Below are positions 10,031 to 18,589 of a stretch of 32,000 nucleotides of DNA, in pieces. The notes below the pieces were generated by a model. The model saw nothing but the letters and a program-made list of their open reading frames with translations, did not search any database and was not told the DNA's origin. Each line of letters opens with the position of its first letter. Within the stretch, counting starts at the first letter, position 1. Position numbers and translations under genes: made by a program. Source of the DNA: Candidatus Arthromitus sp. SFB-rat-Yit (lineage in GTDB: Bacteria; Bacillota; Clostridia; Clostridiales; Clostridiaceae); NCBI RefSeq assembly GCF_000283555.1, contig NC_016012.1, positions 1,483,557 through 1,515,556 of the forward strand. Direction: 5' to 3'.

Positions 10031-11350
10031 ATGGATAATAAAATTTCACCGAATAATATAGAATCAGAACAAACCATATTAGGTGCTATGATAATATATA
10101 AAAATACTATTCATGAAATAATAGATACTATAAATGTGGATGATTTCTATAAAGATGCACACAAAAATATCTTCAAAACTATAAAAAATATGTTTTTAAA
10201 AGATATACAAGTAGATTTAATTTCTCTTATAGAATATTTAAAAAAAGATTCTCTCTTAGAAGAATCTGGAGGATCTTTATACATAACCGATATATCAAAT
10301 TCAATAGCAACAATTGCTAATTTGCAAACACATATTAAAATAGTTAAAGATAATTCTATTTTAAGGAAACTTATTAAAATATCTAATGAAACACTTGATC
10401 GTATATATAAAAAAGATGATCCTAACTTATTAATTGAAAATATACAGAGAAGTGTATTTGATTTATCAATATCTGAAACTAAATCTGATATTGAACCCCT
10501 AAATAATATACTAGATAGAACAATTAAACATATTGAAAACCTATATATTAATAATCTATCCTTTGTTGGATTATCTTCTGGATTTTACGATTTAGATTTA
10601 AAACTATCTGGATTACAAAAATCTCAAATGATATTAATAGCTGCAAGACCATCTATGGGAAAAACTACTTTTGCATTAAATATTGCTGAAAATGTAGCAA
10701 TTAAAGAAAACAAAACTGTACTAATATTTTCTCTTGAAATGAGTAAAGAACAACTAACTAATAAATTAATATCATCAATAACAAAAATTAATATACAAAA
10801 ACTTCAAACTGGAAATTTAGATGACTCTGATTTAGATCAATTAGTAAAAGGTACCGAAATTATATCTAGAGCCAAAATATATATAGACGATACTCCTAAC
10901 ATATCAATTACAGAAATGAGATCTAAATGCCGAAAATTAAAATTCTCAACAAATATAGATTTAATAATCATAGATTATCTACAACTTATGAGTGGAAATT
11001 CAAGAAATGAAAGTAGACAACAAGAAGTTTCAGAAATTTCTCGTTTCATAAAAGCTTTGTCCAAAGAAATTAATTGTCCTATAATCGCATTATCTCAATT
11101 ATCACGTGCTCCAGAACAAAGATCAGATCATAGACCAATGTTATCTGATTTGCGTGAATCAGGATCTATAGAACAAGATTCTGATATAGTAATGCTTCTA
11201 TATAGGGATGAGTACTATAATAAGGACACAGAATATAAAAATATTGCTGAATGTATAATTGCAAAACATAGAAATGGAGAAGTTGGAACTATAAAACTCG
11301 CCTGGATAGGTCAATATTCAAAATTCGAGAATCTAGATAATAACCATTAA
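10031..11350 (+). CDS. dnaB: Replicative DNA helicase
   Basis: NIESEQTILGAMI; Walker A AARPSMGKTTFALNIA; IIIDYLQLMSG; LSQLSRAPEQRSDHRPMLSDLRESGSIEQDSD. Confidence 0.97.
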   Translation: MDNKISPNNIESEQTILGAMIIYKNTIHEIIDTINVDDFYKDAHKNIFKTIKNMFLKDIQVDLISLIEYLKKDSLLEESGGSLYITDISNSIATIANLQTHIKIVKDNSILRKLIKISNETLDRIYKKDDPNLLIENIQRSVFDLSISETKSDIEPLNNILDRTIKHIENLYINNLSFVGLSSGFYDLDLKLSGLQKSQMILIAARPSMGKTTFALNIAENVAIKENKTVLIFSLEMSKEQLTNKLISSITKINIQKLQTGNLDDSDLDQLVKGTEIISRAKIYIDDTPNISITEMRSKCRKLKFSTNIDLIIIDYLQLMSGNSRNESRQQEVSEISRFIKALSKEINCPIIALSQLSRAPEQRSDHRPMLSDLRESGSIEQDSDIVMLLYRDEYYNKDTEYKNIAECIIAKHRNGEVGTIKLAWIGQYSKFENLDNNH

Positions 11351-11380
11351 AGGAGTATTCAAAATTGAATACTCCTTTAA
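11347..11380. terminator. Terminator hairpin between dnaB and convergent rlmH-like gene
   Basis: ttaaaggagtattcaa-aa-ttgaatactcctttaa, 16-bp arms, dnaB stop codon within 5' arm. Confidence 0.8.
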
Positions 11381-11403
11381 TAATCTTAAATTCATATATT
11401 TAA

Positions 11404-11796
11404 TCATTTATGATATGGCTCATTATTAATTATTTTATATGCTCTATATATCTGCTCCAATAAAATCAAAACTAGTAAATCTTTACTCAAATTAAAACAT
11501 ACAAAACAGATATTATGATATAATTTATTAAATTTAACAAAAAAAATATTAATGTTTTTTACTCTATTTATAGATTTATATTTTATAATATCACTAAATT
11601 CAATAGAATTCATATATTCGCCATCTACTGTTGTTACATTAATATTATAATCATCACGACCAATCAATTTATTATCCAAAGAATAATAAACATTAATCTT
11701 AACAAACTTAGTAATCCTTTTATAATAGTCCATTATAGCTTGAATTAAATTTGAATTCTTTAAGTCTCTCTTGTCTAAAAATAAATTTATCTTCAC
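11404..11796 (-). CDS. Divergent RlmH-like protein B: lacks the SAM-loop GG motif, retains canonical RlmH C-terminal tail
   Basis: 130 aa ending LLEQIYRAYKIINNEPYHK (RlmH C-terminal signature); N-term resembles RlmH (MKINLFLDKRDLKNSNLIQAIMDYYKRITKFVKINVY); GTG start at 11796, GTGA overlap with upstream gene. Confidence 0.8.
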   Translation of the reverse strand: MKINLFLDKRDLKNSNLIQAIMDYYKRITKFVKINVYYSLDNKLIGRDDYNINVTTVDGEYMNSIEFSDIIKYKSINRVKNINIFFVKFNKLYHNICFVCFNLSKDLLVLILLEQIYRAYKIINNEPYHK

Positions 11797-12182
11797 TTTA
11801 AAAACATCTTTTCTACAAACTGTAATGCAATCAACTTAAATATCTGATGTGGATATGTAAAATCACTTAATTTAATAACATAATTACATTTATTCCTTAC
11901 TTCATCACATACTCCTTCACTTCCACCAATTATAAAATAAACATGCTTGTTAATATTTTTAATCTTATTAATTTCATTCAAATTCTTTGTACCATTTAAA
12001 TCAAATAATACATACAAGCTATTTTTATTCTTATTTATCATATTTAATATACTATTACTTTCTAATCTTTTATTACTCTCCTTTATATTTATAAAATTGA
12101 TCTTACCCTTGTAATTATTCTCAATTTTCTTGAAATAATCTTTTAGTATACCTACAGAAATTAAACTTACTTCCCGCAACAT
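11793..12182 (-). CDS. Divergent RlmH-like protein A: retains SAM-binding loop, lacks the catalytic C-terminal tail
   Basis: 129 aa with LISVGILKDYFK, YVLFDLNGTKN, HVYFIIGGSEGVCDEVRNKCNYVIKLSDFTYPHQIFKLIALQ, i.e. the RlmH FVIGGS.G...SK.TFPHQ..RL. region, ending at ...FVEKMFLK. Confidence 0.8.
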   Translation of the reverse strand: MLREVSLISVGILKDYFKKIENNYKGKINFINIKESNKRLESNSILNMINKNKNSLYVLFDLNGTKNLNEINKIKNINKHVYFIIGGSEGVCDEVRNKCNYVIKLSDFTYPHQIFKLIALQFVEKMFLK

Positions 12183-12664
12183 TTCTTATACTTCTTACCA
12201 CTACCACATGTACATAATTCATTCCTTCCAATTTTTACACTATTTACTACAACCTTAGATGATCTCCATTTGGATGTTATTTCTCTAATCTTTTCTTCAG
12301 TTAAAATCTCACTCCACTCATTTAAATTAAATAAATAATCTGCCTTAGCATCTAACATATTAAAATACAACTCTTCTACATTAATATCAAAATCTATTTT
12401 ATCTTCTAATGTAATATTTTCTATATCTATATTTGTATTTAAACTCTCACTTATACCATCAACAAATCCTACTATAAATTCCTCACTTATATCGTATTTT
12501 TTAGATAATTCACTAATACTAGATGTAAATTTAAAATTCTTATTACCAAGTATATCCTTATAAATTTTTAATTCAACATTCTTATACTCATTCCAAAATA
12601 CTGCTTCCCCTTTTGTCTTAACAAATTCCGTAACCATATTAGTCCATTTATTATATAAATTCAT
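12167..12664 (-). CDS. SEC-C metal-binding domain protein
   Basis: C-terminal GRNELCTCGSGKKYKKCCGK is the SEC-C motif. Confidence 0.85.
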   Translation of the reverse strand: MNLYNKWTNMVTEFVKTKGEAVFWNEYKNVELKIYKDILGNKNFKFTSSISELSKKYDISEEFIVGFVDGISESLNTNIDIENITLEDKIDFDINVEELYFNMLDAKADYLFNLNEWSEILTEEKIREITSKWRSSKVVVNSVKIGRNELCTCGSGKKYKKCCGK

Positions 12665-12676
12665 AAAAACACCTCT

Positions 12677-12846
12677 TTAAAATATAATTAATCTATTACC
12701 ATATATTTTGCATACTTATTGCAATAATTACAATAGTTATTATCCTTATTAAATTCAATATTTGGAATCAATCCATATTTATTAATAAAATCATCAATAA
12801 CATAATCTATATGTTCTTCACATGAACAAAACATATTATTTATCAT
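12677..12846 (-). pseudogene. Frameshifted small CxxH/CxxC protein (YyzF-like)
   Basis: Minus-strand frame 1 MINNMFCSCEEHIDYVIDDFININMD* then another frame ...YKYGLIPNIEFNKDNNYCNYCNKYAKYGNRLIIF*; CEEH and CNYC are the CxxH and CxxC motifs; sits next to walJ and rlmH as in Bacillus. Confidence 0.6.
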
Positions 12847-12851
12847 TTCAT

Positions 12852-13631
12852 TTAAAACCTCATATAATTACTAGGTAAACTTCTATGTGCAACTGTTAAC
12901 TTTAAATCTTTTCCAATTTTCATTCCATGATTTATAAGGATTCTTTCTGAAGTTTTATAGGCTAATTCTGGAAAATTACTTGTAATACTTAAATGACCTA
13001 AAATAATTCTTTTATAAGATATCCTTACAAGCTTAACTATTGTTAAAGCACATTCCTCATTTGATAAATGCCCATTATTACTAAGTATTCTTTCTTTTAA
13101 AAAATGTGGGTAATTACTTAATCTGAGCATTTCCTCATTATAATTACTCTCAAGTAATACAACATCTGAATCCCTTATATTATTAAAAATATCATTTGAA
13201 ATATGTCCAATATCAGTAACTACACTCAGCTTCTTTTTTTTATATAAAACACTATATCCAATTGGATCTACCGCATCATGTGGTAATTTAAAAGCTTTAA
13301 TATCTAAATCTCCAATCGAAAATTCCATTTTATCTATTATGTTTACATTATTAACACCTTTTAACTTATCTTGAATGCTCCTAAATGTTCGTTCATTTAA
13401 ATATATCGGAATATCTAATCCTTTACATATTACGCTAGCTCCCTTGTAATGATCTATGTGTTCATGAGTTATTAGTACACCACTTATCATATTTGGAGTT
13501 ATATTTATTGAATTGATGGCATTTATTAATGTTTTTTTAGATACTCCTACATCTATTAAAATATTTGTTCTATCACTACCAACTAAAAAACAATTACCAG
13601 AACTACCACTACTTATAGAACAAAATTTCAT
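12852..13631 (-). CDS. walJ: MBL-fold metallo-hydrolase (WalJ/YycJ family)
   Basis: MKFCSISSGSSGNCFLVGSDRTNILIDVGVS...THEHIDHYKG...SNYNEEML...GHLS motifs. Confidence 0.93.
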   Translation of the reverse strand: MKFCSISSGSSGNCFLVGSDRTNILIDVGVSKKTLINAINSINITPNMISGVLITHEHIDHYKGASVICKGLDIPIYLNERTFRSIQDKLKGVNNVNIIDKMEFSIGDLDIKAFKLPHDAVDPIGYSVLYKKKKLSVVTDIGHISNDIFNNIRDSDVVLLESNYNEEMLRLSNYPHFLKERILSNNGHLSNEECALTIVKLVRISYKRIILGHLSITSNFPELAYKTSERILINHGMKIGKDLKLTVAHRSLPSNYMRF

Positions 13632-13647
13632 TTTCCCCCCAAATAAA

Positions 13648-14934
13648 CTATATTATATTCTTAAACTCTTTTATATCATCTTTATATTCTCTATATATAT
13701 TAGCACCTAATTTTCTAAATTTTTCCTCTATATTGGGATACCCTCTATCTATATGCTTTATTGAAGTTATCTCTGTGGTCCCTTTAGCAACTAATCCTGC
13801 TATAATCATAGCAGCACCGGCTCTTAAATCTGTAGCTTTAAGTTTACATCCTGTAAGCTTATCTACTCCGTTTATAATAGCAGCTCTTCCTTCAATCTTA
13901 ACATTTACTCCCATTTTTTTTAGTTCATCAAAATACTTAAATCTATTTTCAAATATACTTTCACTTATAATACTTGTTCCTTCAGAAATACTCATAAGAA
14001 CACCTATTATTTGCTGTACATCAGTGGGAAATCCTGGATACGGTGCAGTTTTAATATTTACACCTTTTAAACGTTCCGTACTTTTTACTAAAATACTATC
14101 ATCATATTCAAAAATAGTTACACCCATTTCTATTAGTTTTGCTGTTATAGACTCTAAATGCTTTGGTATTACATTTTTAATTAATACCTCTCCCGTACAA
14201 GCTGCCGTTGCCATCATATATGTAGATGCTTCTATTTGATCTGGTATTATCGAGTAATTACACCCTAAAAGTCTTTTGACTCCAGTTATTTTTATAATAT
14301 CTGTTCCTGCACCTTTTATATTAGCACCCATCAAATTAAGAAAATTTGCTACGTCTACAACATGTGGTTCCTTTGCAACATTTTCAAGCACAGTAACTCC
14401 ATCAGCAAAGCATGCCGCTAACATTACATTTATAGTTGCCCCCACACTTACTACATCAAAAAATATATTGTTGCCAACTAATTTATCCGTTTCAGCAATT
14501 ACTGAACCATGTTCAATTCTAATATTAACACCAAGTTTTTCCAAACCTTTTATATGCTGATCTATAGGTCGATCACCTATACTACATCCTCCTGGAAGAT
14601 CCACAATTGTCTTTTTAAATCTTGCTAACAATGCTCCTATCAAATAATAAGAAGCTCTCATATTATGTACATCATCACTATCAGCTCGATAATTTTTCAA
14701 ATTTGAATTATCTATTATTAAGGTATTATTTACCTTTCTTACACTAGATCCTAATGTTTTTAAAATTCTCACTAGTTTATTAACATCCTCTATATCGGGT
14801 ATATTATCTATTATACATATACCCTCACTGCACATAACTGTAGCTGGTATAACAGCAACAGCTGCATTTTTCGCACCACTAATTTCTATACTTCCATAAA
14901 GTGGATTAGATCCATTTATTATAATCTTTTCCAT
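13648..14934 (-). CDS. murA: UDP-N-acetylglucosamine 1-carboxyvinyltransferase
   Basis: [34 protein letters not shown]; catalytic-Cys region [23 protein letters not shown]; 428 aa. Confidence 0.96.
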   Translation of the reverse strand: MEKIIINGSNPLYGSIEISGAKNAAVAVIPATVMCSEGICIIDNIPDIEDVNKLVRILKTLGSSVRKVNNTLIIDNSNLKNYRADSDDVHNMRASYYLIGALLARFKKTIVDLPGGCSIGDRPIDQHIKGLEKLGVNIRIEHGSVIAETDKLVGNNIFFDVVSVGATINVMLAACFADGVTVLENVAKEPHVVDVANFLNLMGANIKGAGTDIIKITGVKRLLGCNYSIIPDQIEASTYMMATAACTGEVLIKNVIPKHLESITAKLIEMGVTIFEYDDSILVKSTERLKGVNIKTAPYPGFPTDVQQIIGVLMSISEGTSIISESIFENRFKYFDELKKMGVNVKIEGRAAIINGVDKLTGCKLKATDLRAGAAMIIAGLVAKGTTEITSIKHIDRGYPNIEEKFRKLGANIYREYKDDIKEFKNII

Positions 14935-15148
14935 CCATTCTCCCTACTTTAAATTGAGTTTAAATATAATAAAAATATCTAATTAACAATCCTTATTAAA
15001 CTTTTTTAAAGTCGCTCTTAAATATTCTAACTTTTATCGGTGTTTTTTGTCAATATTCTTAACAATAAACATAGTATTTTCTAAATTTTAGTTAATATTA
15101 TTCCTTAATTTAAATAATTTTATTCACGCCTAACATTCAAAAAATAAA

Positions 15149-15194
15149 AAGCACTCTATATACCTTAAAATAATTTTGGTATATGAGTGCTTTG
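15149..15194 (-). terminator. Terminator downstream of the minus-strand DUF1540 gene
   Basis: On minus strand aaagcactcatatacc...ggtatatagagtgctttttattttttg: stem with one bulge followed by a T-rich run. Exact ends approximate. Confidence 0.7.
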
Positions 15195-15197
15195 CAA

Positions 15198-15356
15198 TTA
15201 TTTCATAGACTGAAAACTTGCACAATCTGTTGACTCTACATTTTTTGCTATAGCTTCATGTTTAGTTATCTTTATTTGCTCTAAAGTGCAATACTGATTT
15301 TTATCATTAAATTTGCATTCTACTACGTTACATAATATATTATTATTTTTCAACAT
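15198..15356 (-). CDS. DUF1540 domain-containing small protein
   Basis: 52 aa MLKNNNILCNVVECKFNDKNQYCTLEQIKITKHEAIAKNVESTDCASFQSMK: C..V..C.fN....C.L..I.......S.DCASF pattern; upstream purine-rich RBS (aggtagaggtaaag). Below the ORF-track length cutoff. Confidence 0.82.
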   Translation of the reverse strand: MLKNNNILCNVVECKFNDKNQYCTLEQIKITKHEAIAKNVESTDCASFQSMK

Positions 15357-15487
15357 CTTTACCTCTACCTTTAAACAAAATCACTATTTTATTATTAATT
15401 TCTTATTATTTTTTTATTCTATATTGTGTTATAATCCTATTATTACATTTAGAGGGGGATTTTAGGTTAATATACCTGCTATTAATT

Positions 15488-15988
15488 ATGAAATACATTA
15501 TTAAATGTGGTTTTACAGATAATTCTATAAAGGATTTAAAATATTTCAAAAATCAATTTCATCAAAAGTATAATTGTGTGAAAAATAAAAATTCATTATA
15601 TACACCCTTACTTAGTTTTAATTGTAATGATTGTATTAAATTTGATCCTCAATTAATAAAAAAAATTCAAAACTTACAAACTTTTAGAATTAATATATCT
15701 AATATCAAATTACAAAATAAAGTAGTTTATCTGTTAATAGAACCTCTGGGTTTTATATCATCAATACAACGATTATTCGAAGAATACTTTTTAATAAATA
15801 GTATCAAATATAATAAAATAAATAAATGGGATCATTTATACATAAAATATATAAATATTGATAAACTTAATGTAAATATAGCTGATTTATTTTTTCCGCC
15901 ATATATAAAAGTATCATCAATAAATATATTTAAATATAACAACAAAAAATCAACTCTACTAGACTCTATAAGTTTAAAAAATATATAA
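15488..15988 (+). CDS. Hypothetical protein, weak resemblance to 2H phosphoesterase / 2'-5' RNA ligase-like fold
   Basis: 166 aa ORF; potential degenerate 2H motifs LYTPLLSF and HLYIKYI spaced about 80 aa, but no intact pair of HxT/S motifs. Confidence 0.5.
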   Translation: MKYIIKCGFTDNSIKDLKYFKNQFHQKYNCVKNKNSLYTPLLSFNCNDCIKFDPQLIKKIQNLQTFRINISNIKLQNKVVYLLIEPLGFISSIQRLFEEYFLINSIKYNKINKWDHLYIKYINIDKLNVNIADLFFPPYIKVSSINIFKYNNKKSTLLDSISLKNI

Positions 15989-16056
15989 AAGAATCACCTT
16001 AATTAATTAATATAATAAACTAAAAATTATATAATTAATTTTAAGGTGATTCTTTC

Positions 16057-17250
16057 ATGATTAATAATATTAAAAAAAGGCTTCATCCAAATCTTCTATA
16101 CGCATTTAACCTAAATAAACTTACTTCATATAGAATAATATTAGAATTGAAACATAACTCATCATCTCTAATAAAAAAAATTCAAAATAATCAAGGATGT
16201 ATTTTTACACATCATATACCAGACCTAAATTTAGTGTGTTGTACAGTACCACATAAATTCTTATATACCCTTGTAAACTCTCCTCAAGTTAAATATATTT
16301 CATTTGATTCTGAAGTTTTTTTATGTGGAAATAAACTATTTCCAGAAACTGAAAAATCAAGTTATAAAACATCAGCAAACAATAATACATTAACTGGTAA
16401 AAATATAACTATAGCCATGATAGATTCAGGAATTTATCCATTAGACACTTTTACAAAATCTAAAAATAGAATACTGTTCTTCAAAGATATTGTAAATGAC
16501 TTCTCGTATCCTTATGATGATAACGGTCACGGCACAGCTATGTGTAATATAATAGGTGGAAACTTCACGTATAAAAACAAAATACTTAAAAATTCTTCAG
16601 AGTGCAATTTTTGTATGATAAAAGCTTTTGATAAATACAATAAGTCCTATTGCTCATTAATTTTTAAGGCTATTGATTTAATACTTGAAATTTCCTCAAA
16701 ATACAATATTCAAATATTGTATCTTCCATTTGAGCTTTATGAATTTAATAATTTTTTATTAAATATATTTCAAGCCTTGATAAACAAAATATCTAAATCC
16801 AATATTATTGTATTACTTCCTATAGGAAATAACTCAACCAATTATTCTTCATTAAAAGGATTATCTTTACTTAATAATTGTATTGTTGTTGGGGGTAATA
16901 ATTTTAAAGACTCATCAAAAGGTATTTATATAAATACTTTCATAAAACCTAATGTGATATCAATTTACGAAAATATAAAAGTACAAAATATAGATGTTAA
17001 ATACATCCCTGAAAAAAACAATCAGTATATATATCCAACTAAACTTAAAAATTCATCGATAGAATACTTTGGAAGTTCCTGTTCTTGTGCTTATGTATCT
17101 TCTTTAATAGCATTACTTAAGCAAAAAAACATATCGATAAATACAATAGACATCATTTCTTTATTTAAAATAAGCTGTAATAAAATAAATAATTTAGATA
17201 ATTCAGTACAGGGACTAGGTATAATCGATATAACCAAATTATTAGAATGA
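16057..17250 (+). CDS. S8 family (subtilisin-like) serine protease
   Basis: Asp motif TIAMIDSG, His motif DDNGHGTAMCNIIGG, Ser motif GSSCSCAYVSSLIALLKQ; N-terminal prodomain-like region. Confidence 0.88.
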   Translation: MINNIKKRLHPNLLYAFNLNKLTSYRIILELKHNSSSLIKKIQNNQGCIFTHHIPDLNLVCCTVPHKFLYTLVNSPQVKYISFDSEVFLCGNKLFPETEKSSYKTSANNNTLTGKNITIAMIDSGIYPLDTFTKSKNRILFFKDIVNDFSYPYDDNGHGTAMCNIIGGNFTYKNKILKNSSECNFCMIKAFDKYNKSYCSLIFKAIDLILEISSKYNIQILYLPFELYEFNNFLLNIFQALINKISKSNIIVLLPIGNNSTNYSSLKGLSLLNNCIVVGGNNFKDSSKGIYINTFIKPNVISIYENIKVQNIDVKYIPEKNNQYIYPTKLKNSSIEYFGSSCSCAYVSSLIALLKQKNISINTIDIISLFKISCNKINNLDNSVQGLGIIDITKLLE

Positions 17251-17267
17251 TTTCACATCTCTATTGG

Positions 17268-18461
17268 TTAATATGCTACATAATTAAGAGGATTATCTGC
17301 TTTACCATTTACCCTAACTTCAAAATGTAAGTGTGGACCTGTGCTTCTTCCGGTATTACCTATTTCACCTATCAATTGACCTTTTTTCACGTATTCACCT
17401 TCTTTTATAAACATAACATCGCAGTGTCCATATAATGTTTCAATTCCCTTACCATGATTCAATTTAATATAATTTCCATATACATTATTGTATGATACTA
17501 AATTTGCAAAACCAGATTCTGCTGCAAATATAGGATCCCCTATATTCCCCGCAATATCAATTCCATGATGTTTTTCTCCACCCCATCTTAGTCCAAAAGG
17601 AGAAGTTATAATATTACCTTTTGAAGGATTATTTAAATAAAATAATTCATTCCCTTGAACATCATTTAAAGAAGGTTTCAAGATTTTAGTAGATACTTTT
17701 CTCATCCCTATGTACTTATTATTATTATAAGTGATTTCTTTTACAACTTCACGATCAAATCCATTTTCATACATTTTTTCTTCGTCATTATGCTGATCAC
17801 AAATTTTTACTATCTGAACTTTATTATTTTTAGTGTTTTCCAAAAAAGTTTTACTAGCTACTATTTCGACGGTAGCTAAAATATTATTTTCCTGATTATT
17901 ACTCAATATAAACTCATACAATTGATCTTCACTCATAATATCCTTAATATTTAAAACAACCTCCTTAAAATCAATTTTTTCTTTAATCTTAATCCAATTA
18001 ATGGGAATATCTTTCAAATTATTCTTATTTATGTAGTAATTAAACAATTTCTTTTTCACATTATCAAATACATCTTTATTTTCAATATTAGCGATTATTT
18101 TATCCCCAACTAATAAATTATACCCTTTTACATAAACTCCTAAAGCTTCATCTAAAATTTTACTAATTTCTTCAGGAGATAAAAAATCTCCTTTCTTAGC
18201 TAATCTTACTTTAAAACCTAAAGAATCTGTTTTTACAATTTTATCTAATTCTATATTATTATTGTGTAATTTTTCTTTATAATATTCAGTAAATATTTTT
18301 TTATCTTTAGTTAATCCAATCTTATTCCCATTAATTAAAATTACATATCCTAAAGTTTTACCATATACCAAAAAAAATATTGATATTGCAAGAATAATGT
18401 TAATACTCAAAATTATGAACCCAACATTTATTTTGCATTTAAAATTTTGCATAAATTTCAT
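17268..18461 (-). CDS. M23 family peptidoglycan endopeptidase, membrane-anchored
   Basis: N-terminal TM; ITSPFGLRWGGEKHHGIDIAG...LYGHCDVMFIKEGEYVKKGQLIGEIGNTGRSTGPHLHFEVRVNG. Confidence 0.93.
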   Translation of the reverse strand: MKFMQNFKCKINVGFIILSINIILAISIFFLVYGKTLGYVILINGNKIGLTKDKKIFTEYYKEKLHNNNIELDKIVKTDSLGFKVRLAKKGDFLSPEEISKILDEALGVYVKGYNLLVGDKIIANIENKDVFDNVKKKLFNYYINKNNLKDIPINWIKIKEKIDFKEVVLNIKDIMSEDQLYEFILSNNQENNILATVEIVASKTFLENTKNNKVQIVKICDQHNDEEKMYENGFDREVVKEITYNNNKYIGMRKVSTKILKPSLNDVQGNELFYLNNPSKGNIITSPFGLRWGGEKHHGIDIAGNIGDPIFAAESGFANLVSYNNVYGNYIKLNHGKGIETLYGHCDVMFIKEGEYVKKGQLIGEIGNTGRSTGPHLHFEVRVNGKADNPLNYVAY

Positions 18462-18589
18462 GTCATCCCCTATATCTCTTTTTGAGTATTATTTATACAT
18501 TTATTATAAAATATTCCTTTTTTTATTCTTACATCATAAAAAAAATGTTATAATTTAGTTCAAAATTTATTTTAGAAAGGCAAAATCAA

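Noticed and set aside
11404-12182. Idea that the two RlmH-like ORFs are a single rlmH broken by a frameshift
   Set aside because: Combined length (~259 aa) is much greater than RlmH (~159 aa), and both contain N-terminal and central RlmH-like segments. Duplication with complementary loss fits better.
13733-14239. 168-aa plus-strand ORF inside murA
   Set aside because: Fully antisense to the clear murA gene; hydrophobic translation typical of a shadow frame.
14276-14560. 94-aa plus-strand ORF, also 13513-13710(+), 21179-21454(+), 28018-28206(+), 3371-3580(-), 8674-8871(-)
   Set aside because: All antisense to confidently identified genes; no domain evidence.
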